Notes under the pieces: generated by a model
What the model was told of the DNA's origin: nothing
Databases searched by the model: none
Seen by the model: only the letters and a program-made list of their open reading frames with translations
Shown here: positions 24,524-37,126 of the stretch, one piece after another
Position numbering within the stretch: position 1 is the stretch's first letter
How the letters are laid out: each line of letters begins with the position of its first letter
Translations under genes and position numbers: made by a program
Source: Octopus vulgaris
Lineage: Eukaryota
Direction: 5' to 3'
DNA: 64,000 nt
Assembly (NCBI GenBank): GCA_951406725.2
Contig: OX597817.1
Coordinates: 97,650,001 to 97,714,000, forward strand

Positions 24524-26214
24524 TACCTTCAGTTCCACTTGATGATCTCCTAGATATCTTGAATTCCAGGTAAATCCAACAGCAATCAACTATTATCCAC
24601 AACAAATGCAAAGTAAAAGAATATAGCACCAGGAATGAACTGTTTTGTGAAAAAAAAAATGTTTGGATGTAAGATTGCACACAAGATGATGAAAAGGTGG
24701 AGCGAGGTGGGAGGAAGCACTATGCAGTTACAGTTAATTGAAGGGTCATCAAGTTCATGGGCACTTTACCCCCAAAACACTGACTCGAACCATAAAATCT
24801 CCACACACAAGGCTGTGTTGACATACAACATATATAACTACAGACACTGCTATCAATTGGATACTATTATTGTTGCCAGTCGATTATTCAAAAGTTGGAA
24901 GGTATGTGAGTAGTGGTAGGAATGTTACGGTGAGATGGACACCAATAAAAGGATGATGAAGACAACCACAAGTCACATGGCACTGAAGACATAGTACCCC
25001 CTAACAACATCTTTATTCATCCAAATACTCTACATCTGAAAACAATTTGTCTCTACTTCACCTAGCATAATGTATGTGTGTGCACATGCAGATGTGTTTG
25101 AGTAAAAGTTAAGAGTGGAGTGTAAAAGTAATGCCTACTCACATTATGAGGAAGAAATAAATTTTCAATAGGTTCCATAATCTTGATAAAACTTCCAGAT
25201 GGTAAAATTAAACTCCAAAATAATATTTACAAAAATAAGTCAAAAAGTGATACTTTTACACAGAGAACTTATTGGAAATAAAACAGCATAAACCCAGGAG
25301 CAAATCTCTCATAATTCCTTAGAGATGGATTATATCCATGGTTCCTTTAAAACCAACTTGCAAAATCAGATTCCTCCTCTACTGTCAGTGCCAGTGATTA
25401 GAACACCCATTGCCTCAGCAGTTAGACCAGATTTGGCATCAGGAACAAAATAGTGTGACTAAATCTCAAGCAGTAAAGGTGAATGTTAATTTCATTCATA
25501 CAAAATAGAAACAGATGTTTGGATATAGAGAACATAACTACAGACAATCCAAGGAAGATAAGAGAAGAATTCCATTCTCTCTATATTTGACTGATGTTTC
25601 TGGGGCATTAATATTTTTTGGTATTCTCAAAAAGTGTCAAGGAATAAATATTTCTTGCTTTTCCAAATAAAATTCAAATTCAAAATGTTTAACAGTTCTG
25701 TTGCTGACTTTGGCAGATAGATAGAAGGCAATGATTTGAATTATTTCAATATAACTGCACAATAAGATTTCCTACTGAGATTATTTAAATAGTATGAAGT
25801 GAAGAAATAAAACAATGAATAGTTCAAAGTTTAGCCCTCACAACAGAAAACTGAAAGATGAAAATATAGGAACACCAAAGAAAACATTATATAGATTAAC
25901 TAAACAATGAATTCATTATACATAAACAGTGTGACACAGTAAAAATATTGTTTAGAGGACAAGAAAAGCTAAAACTGACAGAGATCAAAGATCGATCTAA
26001 TATATATTTGTGTGTGTGTGTGTGTGTGTATATAAATGTGTGTGTTTTTTTCAGTGTTTACAAATAACACAGAAAAAAATAAACAAACAGTTACTGGGTA
26101 GCAAAAATCACACAAGTATCAAGGATGTAACAACCTACTTATAAAGGTAGAAACTCCAGGTTTAGGTGAAATGTTTTGTATAATATAGATAAATAAATAA
26201 ATGGAGTTAAACAC

Positions 26215-26615
26215 ATTCTCCACATTCAGCAGTCTTTCATAATGGCTTCTCCAAGCCTCTTTCTTTTCAAAAACATTGAAAGCAAGTGCACCATCATCCA
26301 TGCGGACACATTTCTCTCCTGTGACATCACAATTTTCTCTCACACACAGTCTAGCAATCTGAAATACCTCGGTTTTTTGGTCCACATGTCGCTGGACATT
26401 GGCAAACTTCTTTTCCGCTTCACCCTTGGCTATGTATACCTGCCACCCAGCCTCCCTTCCGGCTACCTGGTACCATTTCCTGCTATCCCCATCCCTCCAG
26501 GCTTTCCAGGCCTGTTTCTTTGCTCTAATGGCTTTGTCTACCGTACTATTCCACCACCACGTAACTCTGGATCTGGAAGGGACTTTGCACCATCCGCATA
26601 CTTGGTCTATTTCTA
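26215..26615 (-). mobile_element. Internal RTE LINE fragment
   Basis: 'VTWWWN', 'EVFQIARLCVRENCDVTGEKCVRMDDG..KEAWRSHYERLLNVEN'; homologous to 53720-54060. Confidence 0.8.
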
Positions 26616-26699
26616 AAGATCGGTATGTGGTGAAGCAAATTTTTTTGCCAAACCCTAATAATAATTATACTCATAATTGTAATATATATATATAGTATA

Positions 26700-27548
26700 T
26701 ATAGTACAAAGTAAGATAGGGGTTATGAATGTAACCCACTATGGGATATAAATTATCCAATATACTGTTGGTAAAGTACCAAAATTCTTAATACATAAAT
26801 GCTTTTAATTGCAATGCAATTGATTCATTTATTGTATTAAATGGGTGAAGGTAAAAAATATTCGTACCGTAAATTTATAATACAAATAAGAAAATGGAGA
26901 AACAAATTCATCTTGTTCATCAACTTACGGATATTACAATTTTACATTATTTATTAATTATACAAATGAGAACTTCAAAAGCAAACAAAACATTATATAA
27001 ATCAATAGGTAATATAATAATAAAAATAATACAAATACATATTTTAAAAGTTATAAATCAATGAAATTCATAAACTACTTCTTACAGCTGTTTCAGCCTA
27101 TGGTCAAAAGTCAATCCAACTTATATTGCCTATAGATGTCAGTATATTATGGTTGTAGGCATTAAAAATTATACTTATACATTAAAAGAACCATAGGCCT
27201 CATCAGACGATATAATTAACTTGAAAAGTATAATAATATTGATATACAAAACATGCTGCACTTATCTAATATATACAAATAAATAATAAACAAATATCCA
27301 AAATACATACATATATATATATATATATACATATAAAAATATACAAATAAACATACATATATATACATAAGCAAATCGTACATACTATTCACATGCGCAA
27401 AATACATTAAAGAACAACATTGAACAATATTTTACATTACATTGGGTATATCATGCGTCGTATAGTCAAGTAAATACATTGCCTACAACCATAATATACC
27501 ATAATATCTATAGGCAATATAAGCTGGATTGACTTTTGACCATAGGCT
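26700..27548 (-). mobile_element. Non-coding PLE-derived element with hammerhead and partial inverted repeat
   Basis: Hammerhead at 27078-27212. 27480-27548 is an inverted copy of 27095-27161 and is cut off by a SINE. Confidence 0.6.
27078..27212 (-). ncRNA. Hammerhead ribozyme motif with palindromic stem III
   Basis: Minus strand CTGATGA - GGCCTATGGT...ACCATAGGCT - GAAA C AGCT G TA. The ACAGCTGT palindrome is typical of minimal PLE hammerheads. Confidence 0.75.
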
Positions 27549-27797
27549 AAGTTACGGGGACGTAAACACACCAGCATCGGTTGTCAAGTGATGTTAGGGG
27601 GACAAAGACAGACACACATATATACATATACATGACGGGCTTCTTTCAGTTTCTGTCTACAAAATCCACTCACAAGGCTTTGGTCGGCCCGAGGCTATAG
27701 AAGAAGACACTTGCCCAAGGTTCTACACAGTGGAACTGAACCCGGAACCATGTGGTTGGTAAGCAAGCTACTTACCACACAGCGACTCCTGCACCCA
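27549..27797 (-). mobile_element. SINE family A
   Basis: Reverse complement of the 31585 copy, tail truncated. Confidence 0.85.
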
Positions 27798-29179
27798 TAT
27801 GTCTATTTATTTATTTTAAACAATTACAATATAATACATACATGTATAACGGATTATATTTTACATATATAAAAATACCAGTAATTATTAGAATATAGAA
27901 AGTAGAACAGTTTCTTATAGCTGTTTCAGCCAACAGGTCAGAGTACCCCACATGTTGCTTCCATCCCTTCAGTGAACTGTAGTATTTGGTAGATAAAATT
28001 AAGGTCCTTGGGTGTACTTCGTCAAGGAGTTTAGAAAGTTCATAGGGCTAAGTTATGTATATGAATACATACACATATACACACTTCTATATATACATAT
28101 ATAAATACATATCCATATATATATATATACGTGTGTATATGCATACAACAGAATCAGTTATTATTATAATTAGGTGTATTATAATATTCTTATTAGAGAA
28201 AGTATAAAAAGAGAAATAATAGTAGAATTTAAATAAGCAATCTAGTTTGAGGGTAGTATGGTTTTGCAGGAATGAAAAGGTATATAAATGAGGAATATAT
28301 ATATATATGTACACACATATATATATATATATATATATATTTACATACAAACATACACATAGACACATACATATTTTATGTGTTGAGAAGGGTGGTTACT
28401 ATAGTGGTATGTATTTTTCTTTTCATATAATTATAAACAAACACATAAACATACAATATGTTTACCATTGAGGGCTTGAGATTAAGGTCCACAATATGGA
28501 GATTAGAGTTTATATTAATATTTGTGATATTAGTAGGAACTAAAAGTAGTAAATTCCCAGGTATTAATCGAGATACACTATTATATTCTGTTATTTTTTG
28601 GTTATCGAGTTGCTAAAACCCTGCGGGAATTGGGAAAGGGCTTATGGTCAGCCACGTAATCTAATTAGTCATCAATTGTTTGGAAATGCCATGACTTTGT
28701 TATGGTTGGTTAATGGATAACCGATAACATAAATAACAAACTAGGTAAAAATATATGAATGTATAGAAATATAAAAATATGTCAGGGTTAACTATTAGTA
28801 GATAGGATAGTAAAACTCAATAAAGAAATTAATATAAGGACTTCACTCTATTATATTAGATTAAATTAATTTAAATTATGTTAAATTAAGAAATATATAA
28901 GTAAAATGTGGATGAATTGATATGTTAGTATTTTAGGTTAAAGTGATATTACTAAGGGGATGTGATTTTAATAGACTGCATACGAAAGATGAGTTACTAC
29001 AAAGTTTTAAAACCTTATATAATAATACACATATCTGTCTAATTAGGGGAATCATTTGTATATTTACTAAAACATATGGGTAATACAAGGGTAAAATTAT
29101 ATGTTGGAAGTTATTTGAACCAAATTCTAATAAGGGACAGTATACCAAAAGTGACCGGACAAGTTGTTTTACTGAATTG

Positions 29180-29430
29180 TTATTTATCGCTAAAACTATG
29201 TTTAAAATATATTATCTGATAAAATACATCAAATGCAATGCTCTATGCAACAGTGTTGAGTTACTTAAGGAACTAACTCAATATATACCCTCATCTACCC
29301 TATTTTATATACCTGCATGTTACTAAGTTGTCATTATTTATCACTAAAACTATGTTTAAAATATTTTATCTGATAAAATACATTAAATGCAAGGCTCTAT
29401 GCAATAGTGTTGAGTTAATTAATGAACCAA
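29180..29430. repeat. Direct duplication of ~100 bp
   Basis: ttatttatc(g/a)ctaaaactatgtttaaaata..gtgttgagtta at 29180-29278 and 29334-29430. Confidence 0.85.
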
Positions 29431-29975
29431 TCAGTCATTCAGTCCTTTAAAACATTTAATTACTTTTAATGTTATATTTAAGTGGAGTGGGAGGAGGTTA
29501 AGTTATAAGTAGAATGTTTATGTTAATATGTAAATAAGCACCAATTTTTTGCTTAATGGAAGGGAGGTAATTCTGGGTTATCACAGAGTTAGAATTAAAA
29601 TAATAGCATACTTAAATATTTAGGTGATTAACCAACAGGCCCATTATTCAATCAATTAATTTATTTATTTATTGTTTCTGTAATGGGGTTGCATATCAAT
29701 GCCTGCATCTATATACATACACACACACACACACATGTATATATATACAGGCATATATAAAAAAAATCATGATTAAGTCTAAAGGGTAGTACTAGATAAT
29801 GTTATTACTTTGTATACTTGTGGGGTGCAACTTAATATAAATAAGCTAGTCAATGTGTATTTGCTAAAGGTACCAGCATAAACATAAACACACAAACCCA
29901 CATGTGTGTGTGTGTGTGGTTTATATATATACATATATATTAATACAAAAGTAACAATAATAGTAGTATATACTT

Positions 29976-30016
<41 letters not shown>

Positions 30017-31584
30017 CATGTATATAATTATAGCTAAGTCAATATATACTCTCTTTTATACACCTGCATATCCATCATATTATTATATAATACAGTAGAA
30101 CACCAACAATAACTCGAATAATTATTATTATTATGTCAGTAGGGGTTTTGAATCCTAGGTGCTAGTGATATTTGGAAAAGGTATACCTAGTTTTATGAAA
30201 ACAGGAAACGTTACGTTCCTTAAAGCTGTTAAAAAGCGGAAATTTAAACCCAATTATAAAGAAAATTTCATTAATACGTAACTTATATTTTCTATTTCTA
30301 GTACTGTACGCTGGTGCTGTTGTTAGTATTTTCCAATTTAAATTATAGTTAATTCCCCCTTCTTAAGTTCCCATATAGAGTTACTTAACCATGTAGAATT
30401 CCTCCTATTTCTGTTTCTAAATGTATACTTATGGTGATTCAGCCTCTGTTTTATAATGTTTTATGTCGCTCCTACATATACCTTGCTGTCATATTGTACT
30501 TACTATACATTGATACACTACCTCCTTTCTAATGCAGCTATTATTAAATATACAATTATTACTTATTCTACAATCACGTTCTATGTGGCTGTGTGGGGTT
30601 TACTGTGGCTATTATTGATACTAATAATGTTATTATTGCTTTTACTATTGTGATCATTAGTGTTAGTATTATTACTATTATTATTATTGGTTAGGGTAAT
30701 TTACTTATTATTTTCATTGTTGCTATTATTAATATTATTATTATTATTATTCTGTTATTATTATTGTTATCACCAACCATGCAATTTCTATTATTATGGT
30801 TATTATTATTATAGTTATTATTATTATTATTTGTGTTTGTATTCTGTTATTTTTTCTACTTAGAAGGTGTCCAGTTTTCTATTGTTAATTGAGGAGATGA
30901 TGGTAGCCAGGTTATGTGTTAGACTGTATCCTATTCTTATTGTTTTGTTATTGATTATCCCCCAATATTTGGCTTTTTTCATTTGTAAAATGTTTGTTAA
31001 TTAATCTAAATATTGTTTTTACTGTGTTATTCTTAATTTGCATAGCAAAAAGGATGATTAACCATAGAGAATCTATTTCATTATTTCCCTTATTAGGGTT
31101 TTTTTATATTATGTGTAATTTCAGTTATTATTTTATTTTTATATTTAACAATACTATTATTGTTATAATTTTTACTATTATTACTAACGATTTTATTATT
31201 ATTATTGTTTTTGTTATTATGTCTATTATTATTTATAGGTTACCTTCTATTTTTAATATTTCTTTATTATTATTATTATATTTATCCTTGGTAGTGTTAC
31301 AGTTGTCTAAATTTTGAGGGCTGGAGGTAGTTGCTCTATATAGTTAATATTTTGGGGGAGAACATTTTTTAGTGCTATGTTGTATTTTTCTTTATGTTTA
31401 TTAAAGATCTTTTCATTAGAGGAGAAGTCTGAAATTCTTTTACTTATATTTAGTAGGAGGGCTTTTTTTATTTGCAAGGGATGGTTACTAGAATTGTTTA
31501 TATAATGTAGAGTTTTCTTTTACATAAGGCTCATGGAGTCCGATATTTAAGTTACAATTTGCATCTAAATAGTTTATAAGAATA

Positions 31585-31753
31585 GGCGTAGGAGTGGCTG
31601 TGTGGTAAGTAGGTTGCTTACAAACCACATGGTTCCAGGTTTAGTCCCACTGCGTGGCACCTTCGGCAAGTGTCTTTTACTATAGCCTCAGGCTGACCAA
31701 AGCCTTGTGAGTGGATTTGGTAGACGAAAACTGAAAGAAGCCCATTGTATATA

Positions 31754-31802
<49 letters not shown>

Positions 31803-32009
31803 ATGTGTGTGTATATGCTTGTTTGTCCCCCCAACATCGCTTGACAACCAATGCTGGTGTGTTTACGTCCCCGTAACTTCGCAGTTCGGCAAAAGAGACT
31901 GATAGAATAAGTACTAGGCTTACAAAGAATAAGTCCTGGGGTTGATTTGCTCGACTAAAGGCGGTGCTCCAGCATGGCCACAGTCACATGACTGAAACAA
32001 GTAAAAGAG
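31585..32009 (+). mobile_element. Full-length SINE family A with 10-bp target duplication
   Basis: ggcgtaggagtggctgtgtggtaag..(TA/TG)n..gactgaaacaagtaaaagag, with taaatagttt at 31566-31575 and 32010-32019. Confidence 0.9.
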
Positions 32010-32141
32010 TAAATAGTTTTCATTTTCTATAATTATGGATAGGCCAAACCTATTACAGAATTTATGTAATCGCTTTTTAAGTACTTCAAGGCGTCTATTT
32101 GAAAGGTTCTTAACTAAGAATAGTATGTCATCTCTATATAT

Positions 32142-32360
32142 ATTTCTTTACTGCCCACAAGGGGCTAAACATAGAGGGGACAAACAAGGACAGACAAACG
32201 GATTAAGTCGATTACATCGACCCCAGTGCGTAACTGGTACTTAATTTATCAACCCCGAAAGGATGAATGGCAAAGTCGACCTTGGCGGAATTTGAACTCA
32301 GAACGTAACGGCAGACAAAATACCGCTAAGCATTTCGCTCGGCGCGCAAACGTTTCTGCG
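32142..32360 (-). mobile_element. SINE family B inserted just before the PLE YRDD motif
   Basis: Nearly identical to 39492-39705. Confidence 0.85.
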
Positions 32361-32766
32361 AGACCTTTGGTTAATTCAGGAAATTCTCTACTTATATTAT
32401 CCAAGATATACTGACCTACCAGGTCTGTCACTTCTGCTGAGTCTGGCGATCCCATGGTAATATCAAAGAGGTCCTCGCCCATGATTTGTTATCAAATTTG
32501 ATAACGGTCTTAAGGGCAGTGAGTATCACGTTTACCTCCCTCATACTTAGGTTAGTGTATCTCTTTGCAAAAATGTGAGCACTATTAAGGACAATAGGGT
32601 CTATAGATGCATATGAATTTTTGGTTATATCTATTTTCTATCTGTATATTGGAGAATAAATCCAGTGCACCTTGTGTGTTCTTCCATAGTTCCAGTTTGA
32701 CTATATTTTTAAGTGTTGTAGATATTTATTTAAAATTATTTTACTAACTTTACTTATGTCAGATTT

Positions 32767-32935
32767 TACAGTTGAGATGAGGAATTATGTACCTTATTTA
32801 CATTATTTACATTTGACGCATATTTGTCCTCATCTTGTTTGTTGTTAACACATTTCGGCTGATATACCCTTCAGCCTTGGGGAAATTTCGAACCTGGGTT
32901 CTCATTCATAAGGTATTTTTTGATGTTGTTGTTAC

Positions 32936-32972
<37 letters not shown>

Positions 32973-34849
32973 GTTCAGGTCACTGCTTGGAATCAAACTC
33001 GGAATCTTGGGGTTAGTAGCCCGCACTCTTAACCACTATGCCATATGCCTATGGGCAATTATGGAGTGAATTTTAGGGCTTATAAATCTAATATTTTTCT
33101 ATCCTTCCTTATTACCAGTTCCTATATGCTGCTCATATCTGCACTCAGTCTGCTTAGGAGGTTGTTGTGTCCTAGCATGTGCTGCTTCCTTTAGTTTTTG
33201 TATTTTCCAGGGGTTCTCTGTCTATTATTTTAACTTCATCCCACAGGGGGAGGTGGTCTCCATTTTTCCATACATGATCAGCTATACCCAATTTATCAAT
33301 ATCTCCTTGTGTCACAGCTTTGCGAAGTTCGTCTACCCTTATTTTGAGGGGGCGGCATGTTTTGCGTTTGTATAACCTACCACAGCTGCATGGGATGGAG
33401 TACACGCAGTCTTTGGTCATATTCTCTTCTATTGGTGGTTTCACCAGAAGGAGATATTTGTGAAGTCCTGATGTCATATGGGCCACATATTGTTTGTATC
33501 TTTTGGAGAGGCCTTTCACATAAAGTAGACAGACTGTAGACCGTTTATTGGCTTCATCCTCTCTCTTCTTCATAATTGGAGTGGATAGTATGCTTTTGGG
33601 GTAGTTGTTGCTTAACAGATCGTTATTGAGCTTGATCATTTCTTTGTGGTGTGAATCACGATCGCTACTTATATTCTTTGCCCGATGTTTTAGGCACTGA
33701 GCAATCCCTCTCTTTACACTGTATGGATGGTGGGAATTGAATTTGAGGTATCGTCCAGTAAAGGTCAGCTTGCGGTATATGGATGTCTGGAAGCCATACT
33801 TGGTGCTTGTTATTAATACGTCCAGGAATGCCAGCTGATTGTCTTTTTCCTTTTCCATTGTGAACTGTATGGATGGCTTTATTGAGTTCACATGATCTAA
33901 CAGCACTTGGACATCTTCCTGGTGGGGCCAGAGTATAAAGGTGTCATCAACATATCGTAGCCATAGTATTGGTTTTAGTGGTGTTGATCCTAAAGCCACA
34001 TTCTCAAAGTATTCCATGTATATATTGGTTATTACCGATGATAATGGTGAACCCATAGCTAAACCCTCCTCTTTTCAATATATATCAGTGTCCATACTAA
34101 AATAGGTAGTTTCTAGACAGAAGGTCAACATTTCCATCAAGTTTCTTATTGATATACTAATGCGTTCTTTTAGATGGGTGTCTGTCACTAGTTTTTCTTG
34201 TATCACTGATAGTACTTCACCAGTTGGGACTTTGGTGAACAGGCTTATCACATCTAGACTCACCATCCAGTTGGATTCAATGGGAGTATCCTTGATCAAT
34301 TCTGTGAAGTGGGTGGAATTCTTCACGTACGATGTTGACTTTCCTGCTAATGGACTGATTATATCCACAAGGAAGCAGCTCAGTGGATGACATGCTGAAC
34401 CTCTACAGCTCACTAAAGGTCTTATCCTTCATCCTTATGAATCTTAGGAAGACTGTACATGTGTAGTAGTTTACTGTGGTGTTGAGTCAATTGTCTGTAT
34501 TTCATTGGTGTAAAGTGATCCTTGTTCTTGATCAAGATCTGTGACAACTTCCTCTCTGTTTTCAAAGTAGGGTCTTTCTTTACTTTGCTGTAGCTACCAT
34601 TACTTATAAAACTTGTCAACTTTTGCAGAGTAGTCAGACTTGTTCATCACCACTGTAGCATTTCCCTTGTCCACTGGAAGTATGATGGAATTGTCACTCT
34701 GTAGTCTTTTGATAGCACTAAGGAACATCACTACGGAAGAAAAGTTTGCTATTTCACCAAGACACCTGAAGAAGGCTGGAGGGTATATCAGCCGAAACAT
34801 GTTAACAACAAACAAGATGAGGACAAATATCCGTCGAATGTAAATAATG
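32767..34849 (-). mobile_element. Penelope/Poseidon-clade retroelement (RT + GIY-YIG) with inverted pLTR and 12-bp TSD
   Basis: 'PVDKGN', 'LPKIHK', 'SLDVISLFTKVP', 'MGSPLS', 'RYVDDTF', 'FLDV', 'CVYSIPCSCG..ADH..H'. pLTR at 32775-32890 is inverted at 34750-34849. TSD tatgtcagattt at 32755-32766 and 34850-34861. Confidence 0.95.
34761..34806 (+). ncRNA. Minimal hammerhead ribozyme motif in the Penelope pLTR
   Basis: GACAC-CTGAAGA-A-GGCTG-gagggtatat-CAGCC-GAAAC-atgtt. The stem I partner GTGTT is intact in the other pLTR copy. Confidence 0.7.
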
Positions 34850-35574
34850 TATGTCAGATTTGTTGGGACATATTAGTGTTTTGCTAGGGAAGTTTTCTTT
34901 GTGGTCCTTAATTGTTACGTGTGGTCTAATCGGAGTAAAAGATTACATTTTATCACCTAAATTAAAATCTAGCATAATATTTCTGGCTTCTAGGTTTATC
35001 TTTTTTAGTGTGGTATTAGGTACTACCTTATATCTTTTTGTGATCTCTCTACGTATGAGTTTGTGGTATATGATGGGGTCAATATTGTATATGTTTCTAG
35101 TTTTATCTGAATGTGTTAAAATACCATTTCTGATTTTCTCTGGTAAGGATTATGTCTGAGGGAATGGTTTTTAAACCTGATGTTTTTAATGGTACTCCAA
35201 AGTTCTTGTTCAAAGTATTCTTAGTGCTTGTTAGCTAGTGGTGCTTTTCTGGATTTGAATATATGTTTAGCAAGTTCCAATATTTCAGCGTTGTCATTTC
35301 TAGAGTTGTGATTGTTGCAGGTTCTTGAGTCAAACTGGGTAAGTTTCTTTTCATGATGATACACCTGCCATCAGATTCTATGAATGAATTCATTTATTCT
35401 AAAATATCAAGTTTAAAAACTATCCCCTCACACACAATCCTTACCAGAGAAAATTGAAAATTGTATATGTATAAGAATAAATAATTCATGTCCTCAGCAG
35501 TCATGGCCCATGTTTCACTGCCATGTAGCATGGCTGTTTGTACACATGCGTCATAGTCTACCTTTATATACACA

Positions 35575-35930
35575 CTAGCACTATAACCCGGCAACACCGG
35601 GTCATAGTGATAGTGCATGCATATACAGCTGCGTGCGTGCGCACATACACGCGAGTACTGTCCAAATCTCTGACCAATCACATACAGCTAGCTGGCATTC
35701 AATTGGTGTATCAAATTTCGGGCATTTTGATTGGGTTTTGGATAGAAAATTCACAAAAAAGTCACTTCTATTGATTTTTTAATGGCTTTGCAGGGTGACT
35801 GGGGAAATGTAAAGATGTGCACAACCACCCTTGGGCAGTTTTGAATGACTATAGAAAGTGCGAGCCCTCTAACTGAAAAATTGTGGATTTGTATAAAGGA
35901 CACACACACAGACATTTTGCCGTATATATA
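35575..35930 (-). mobile_element. Non-autonomous Helitron-like element
   Basis: Minus-strand 3' end: hairpin acccggtgttgccgggt then CTAG. Confidence 0.7.
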
Positions 35931-35934
35931 TATA

Positions 35935-36330
35935 CTAGCAGTATCGCCCGGCGTTGCTCGGGTTTGTAAGGGATATAATTATATAAGCATTTTTAGAGAT
36001 GTAAAGTATAATAGCCATCTCAATATGGCTAACCACAAAGGGGGAGGGGGTGTTACTGTAGCTTTTTACGTTCTGAGATTTAATAATAAATTTTAGAGAG
36101 TTACTTCCTTTATATATGTCAAAAATGGATTAAAAATGGGAAAAATTGATGGTAAATTTTTTTTTAAATCGTAGACTCATCGTAGACGCGCGCTAATACC
36201 CAGACGGTCTCGATATGAATCACGACTATAAGATACCCGGTTTTGGTTAAACTGCACCGCAAAATTTGGGAGTAGTTAGGAATCTAAATCGTAGGAGACA
36301 GACACACAACCTCACTTTTATATATAAAGA
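35935..36330 (-). mobile_element. Non-autonomous Helitron
   Basis: Minus strand starts A|TCTTTATATA and ends cccgagcaacgccgggcgatactgCTAG|T. Sister copy at 37897-38279. Confidence 0.85.
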
Positions 36331-36393
36331 TTTCCTCTATTTACATAATATTGAGGTCTCTTTCTTTCTTTTGTTATCTTACTATTTTTACCA

Positions 36394-36434
<41 letters not shown>

Positions 36435-36506
36435 TATATATAGTTACAGAGATGTACTTGCATAGCAAGTGACTTGATCTGAGATCGTGTGCTGGAACGA
36501 AAACAG

Positions 36507-36765
36507 TTGCAGCGTTGAAGGTGTTTATAAGCCATTTAAGAAACACACAAAAACCGTTAGATTCACTTCAACATTTAAATTTAATTTGTCAAAATATTTT
36601 CGTCGCTTTGAGACCGCGACCTGTTAGCACGATATTTTTGTCAGTGAACAGGTCGCGGTCTCAAAGCGACGAAAATATTTTGGCAAATTAAATTTAAATG
36701 TTGAAGTGAATCTAACGGTTTTTGTGTGTTTCTTAAATGGCTTACAAACACCTTCCACGCTGCAA
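36507..36765. repeat. Near-perfect palindrome (119-bp arms, 21-bp spacer), likely inverted PLE terminal repeats
   Basis: Arms 36507-36625 and 36647-36765 differ at about 3 positions. Confidence 0.95.
36637..36687 (+). ncRNA. Variant hammerhead ribozyme with G3-C8 core
   Basis: TTTGTCA-GTGAACA-G-GTCGC-ggtctcaaa-GCGAC-GAAA-ATAT-TT-TGGCAAA. The other arm has TGACAAA, a perfect stem I partner. Confidence 0.65.
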
Positions 36766-37126
36766 TATATATATACACACATATATATATATGTATGTAT
36801 GTATGTGTGTATATGTGTATGCATGTATGTGTGTGTGTGTGCGTGTCTGTGCTTGTGATTGTCCTCCACCACTGCTTGACAACGAATGTTGGTTTGTTTA
36901 CATCCCTGTCACCTAGTGGTTTGACAAAGGAAACAGATAGAATAAGTACAATGCTTACAAAAATAAAACTGGAGTTGATTCATTAAACTACAATTCTTCA
37001 AGGCATTGCCCCAGCATGGCCACAGACCAATGGCTGGAAAAAGCAGAAGAATAAAAGAATACATTCTCTGCTTTGGTCTTATGTTCAAGGCATGAGAAAG
37101 CTTGAGTTTACATGAGAAGGCCTAAC

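Larger units (their letters stand above)
30140..35385 (-). mobile_element. Long decayed AT-rich PLE (probably Naiad type): RT, low-complexity linker, GIY-YIG; hosts three nested insertions
   Basis: 'ICPNKSDISKVSKIIL' (split by an insertion), 'FDITMGSPDSAEVTDLVGQYIL' (32395-32482), 'YRDD' (~32125), 'NYLD..YINNSSNHP..KRISDFSSNEKIF' (31400-31575), 'YVGAT..KQRLNHHKYTF..STWLSNSIWEL' (30365-30480). Confidence 0.85.

Noticed and set aside
27911-28030. Minus-strand GAAACAGCTATA with upstream TTGACGA, a possible hammerhead
   Set aside because: Stem II does not close next to GAAA and stem I is poor; at most a decayed remnant.
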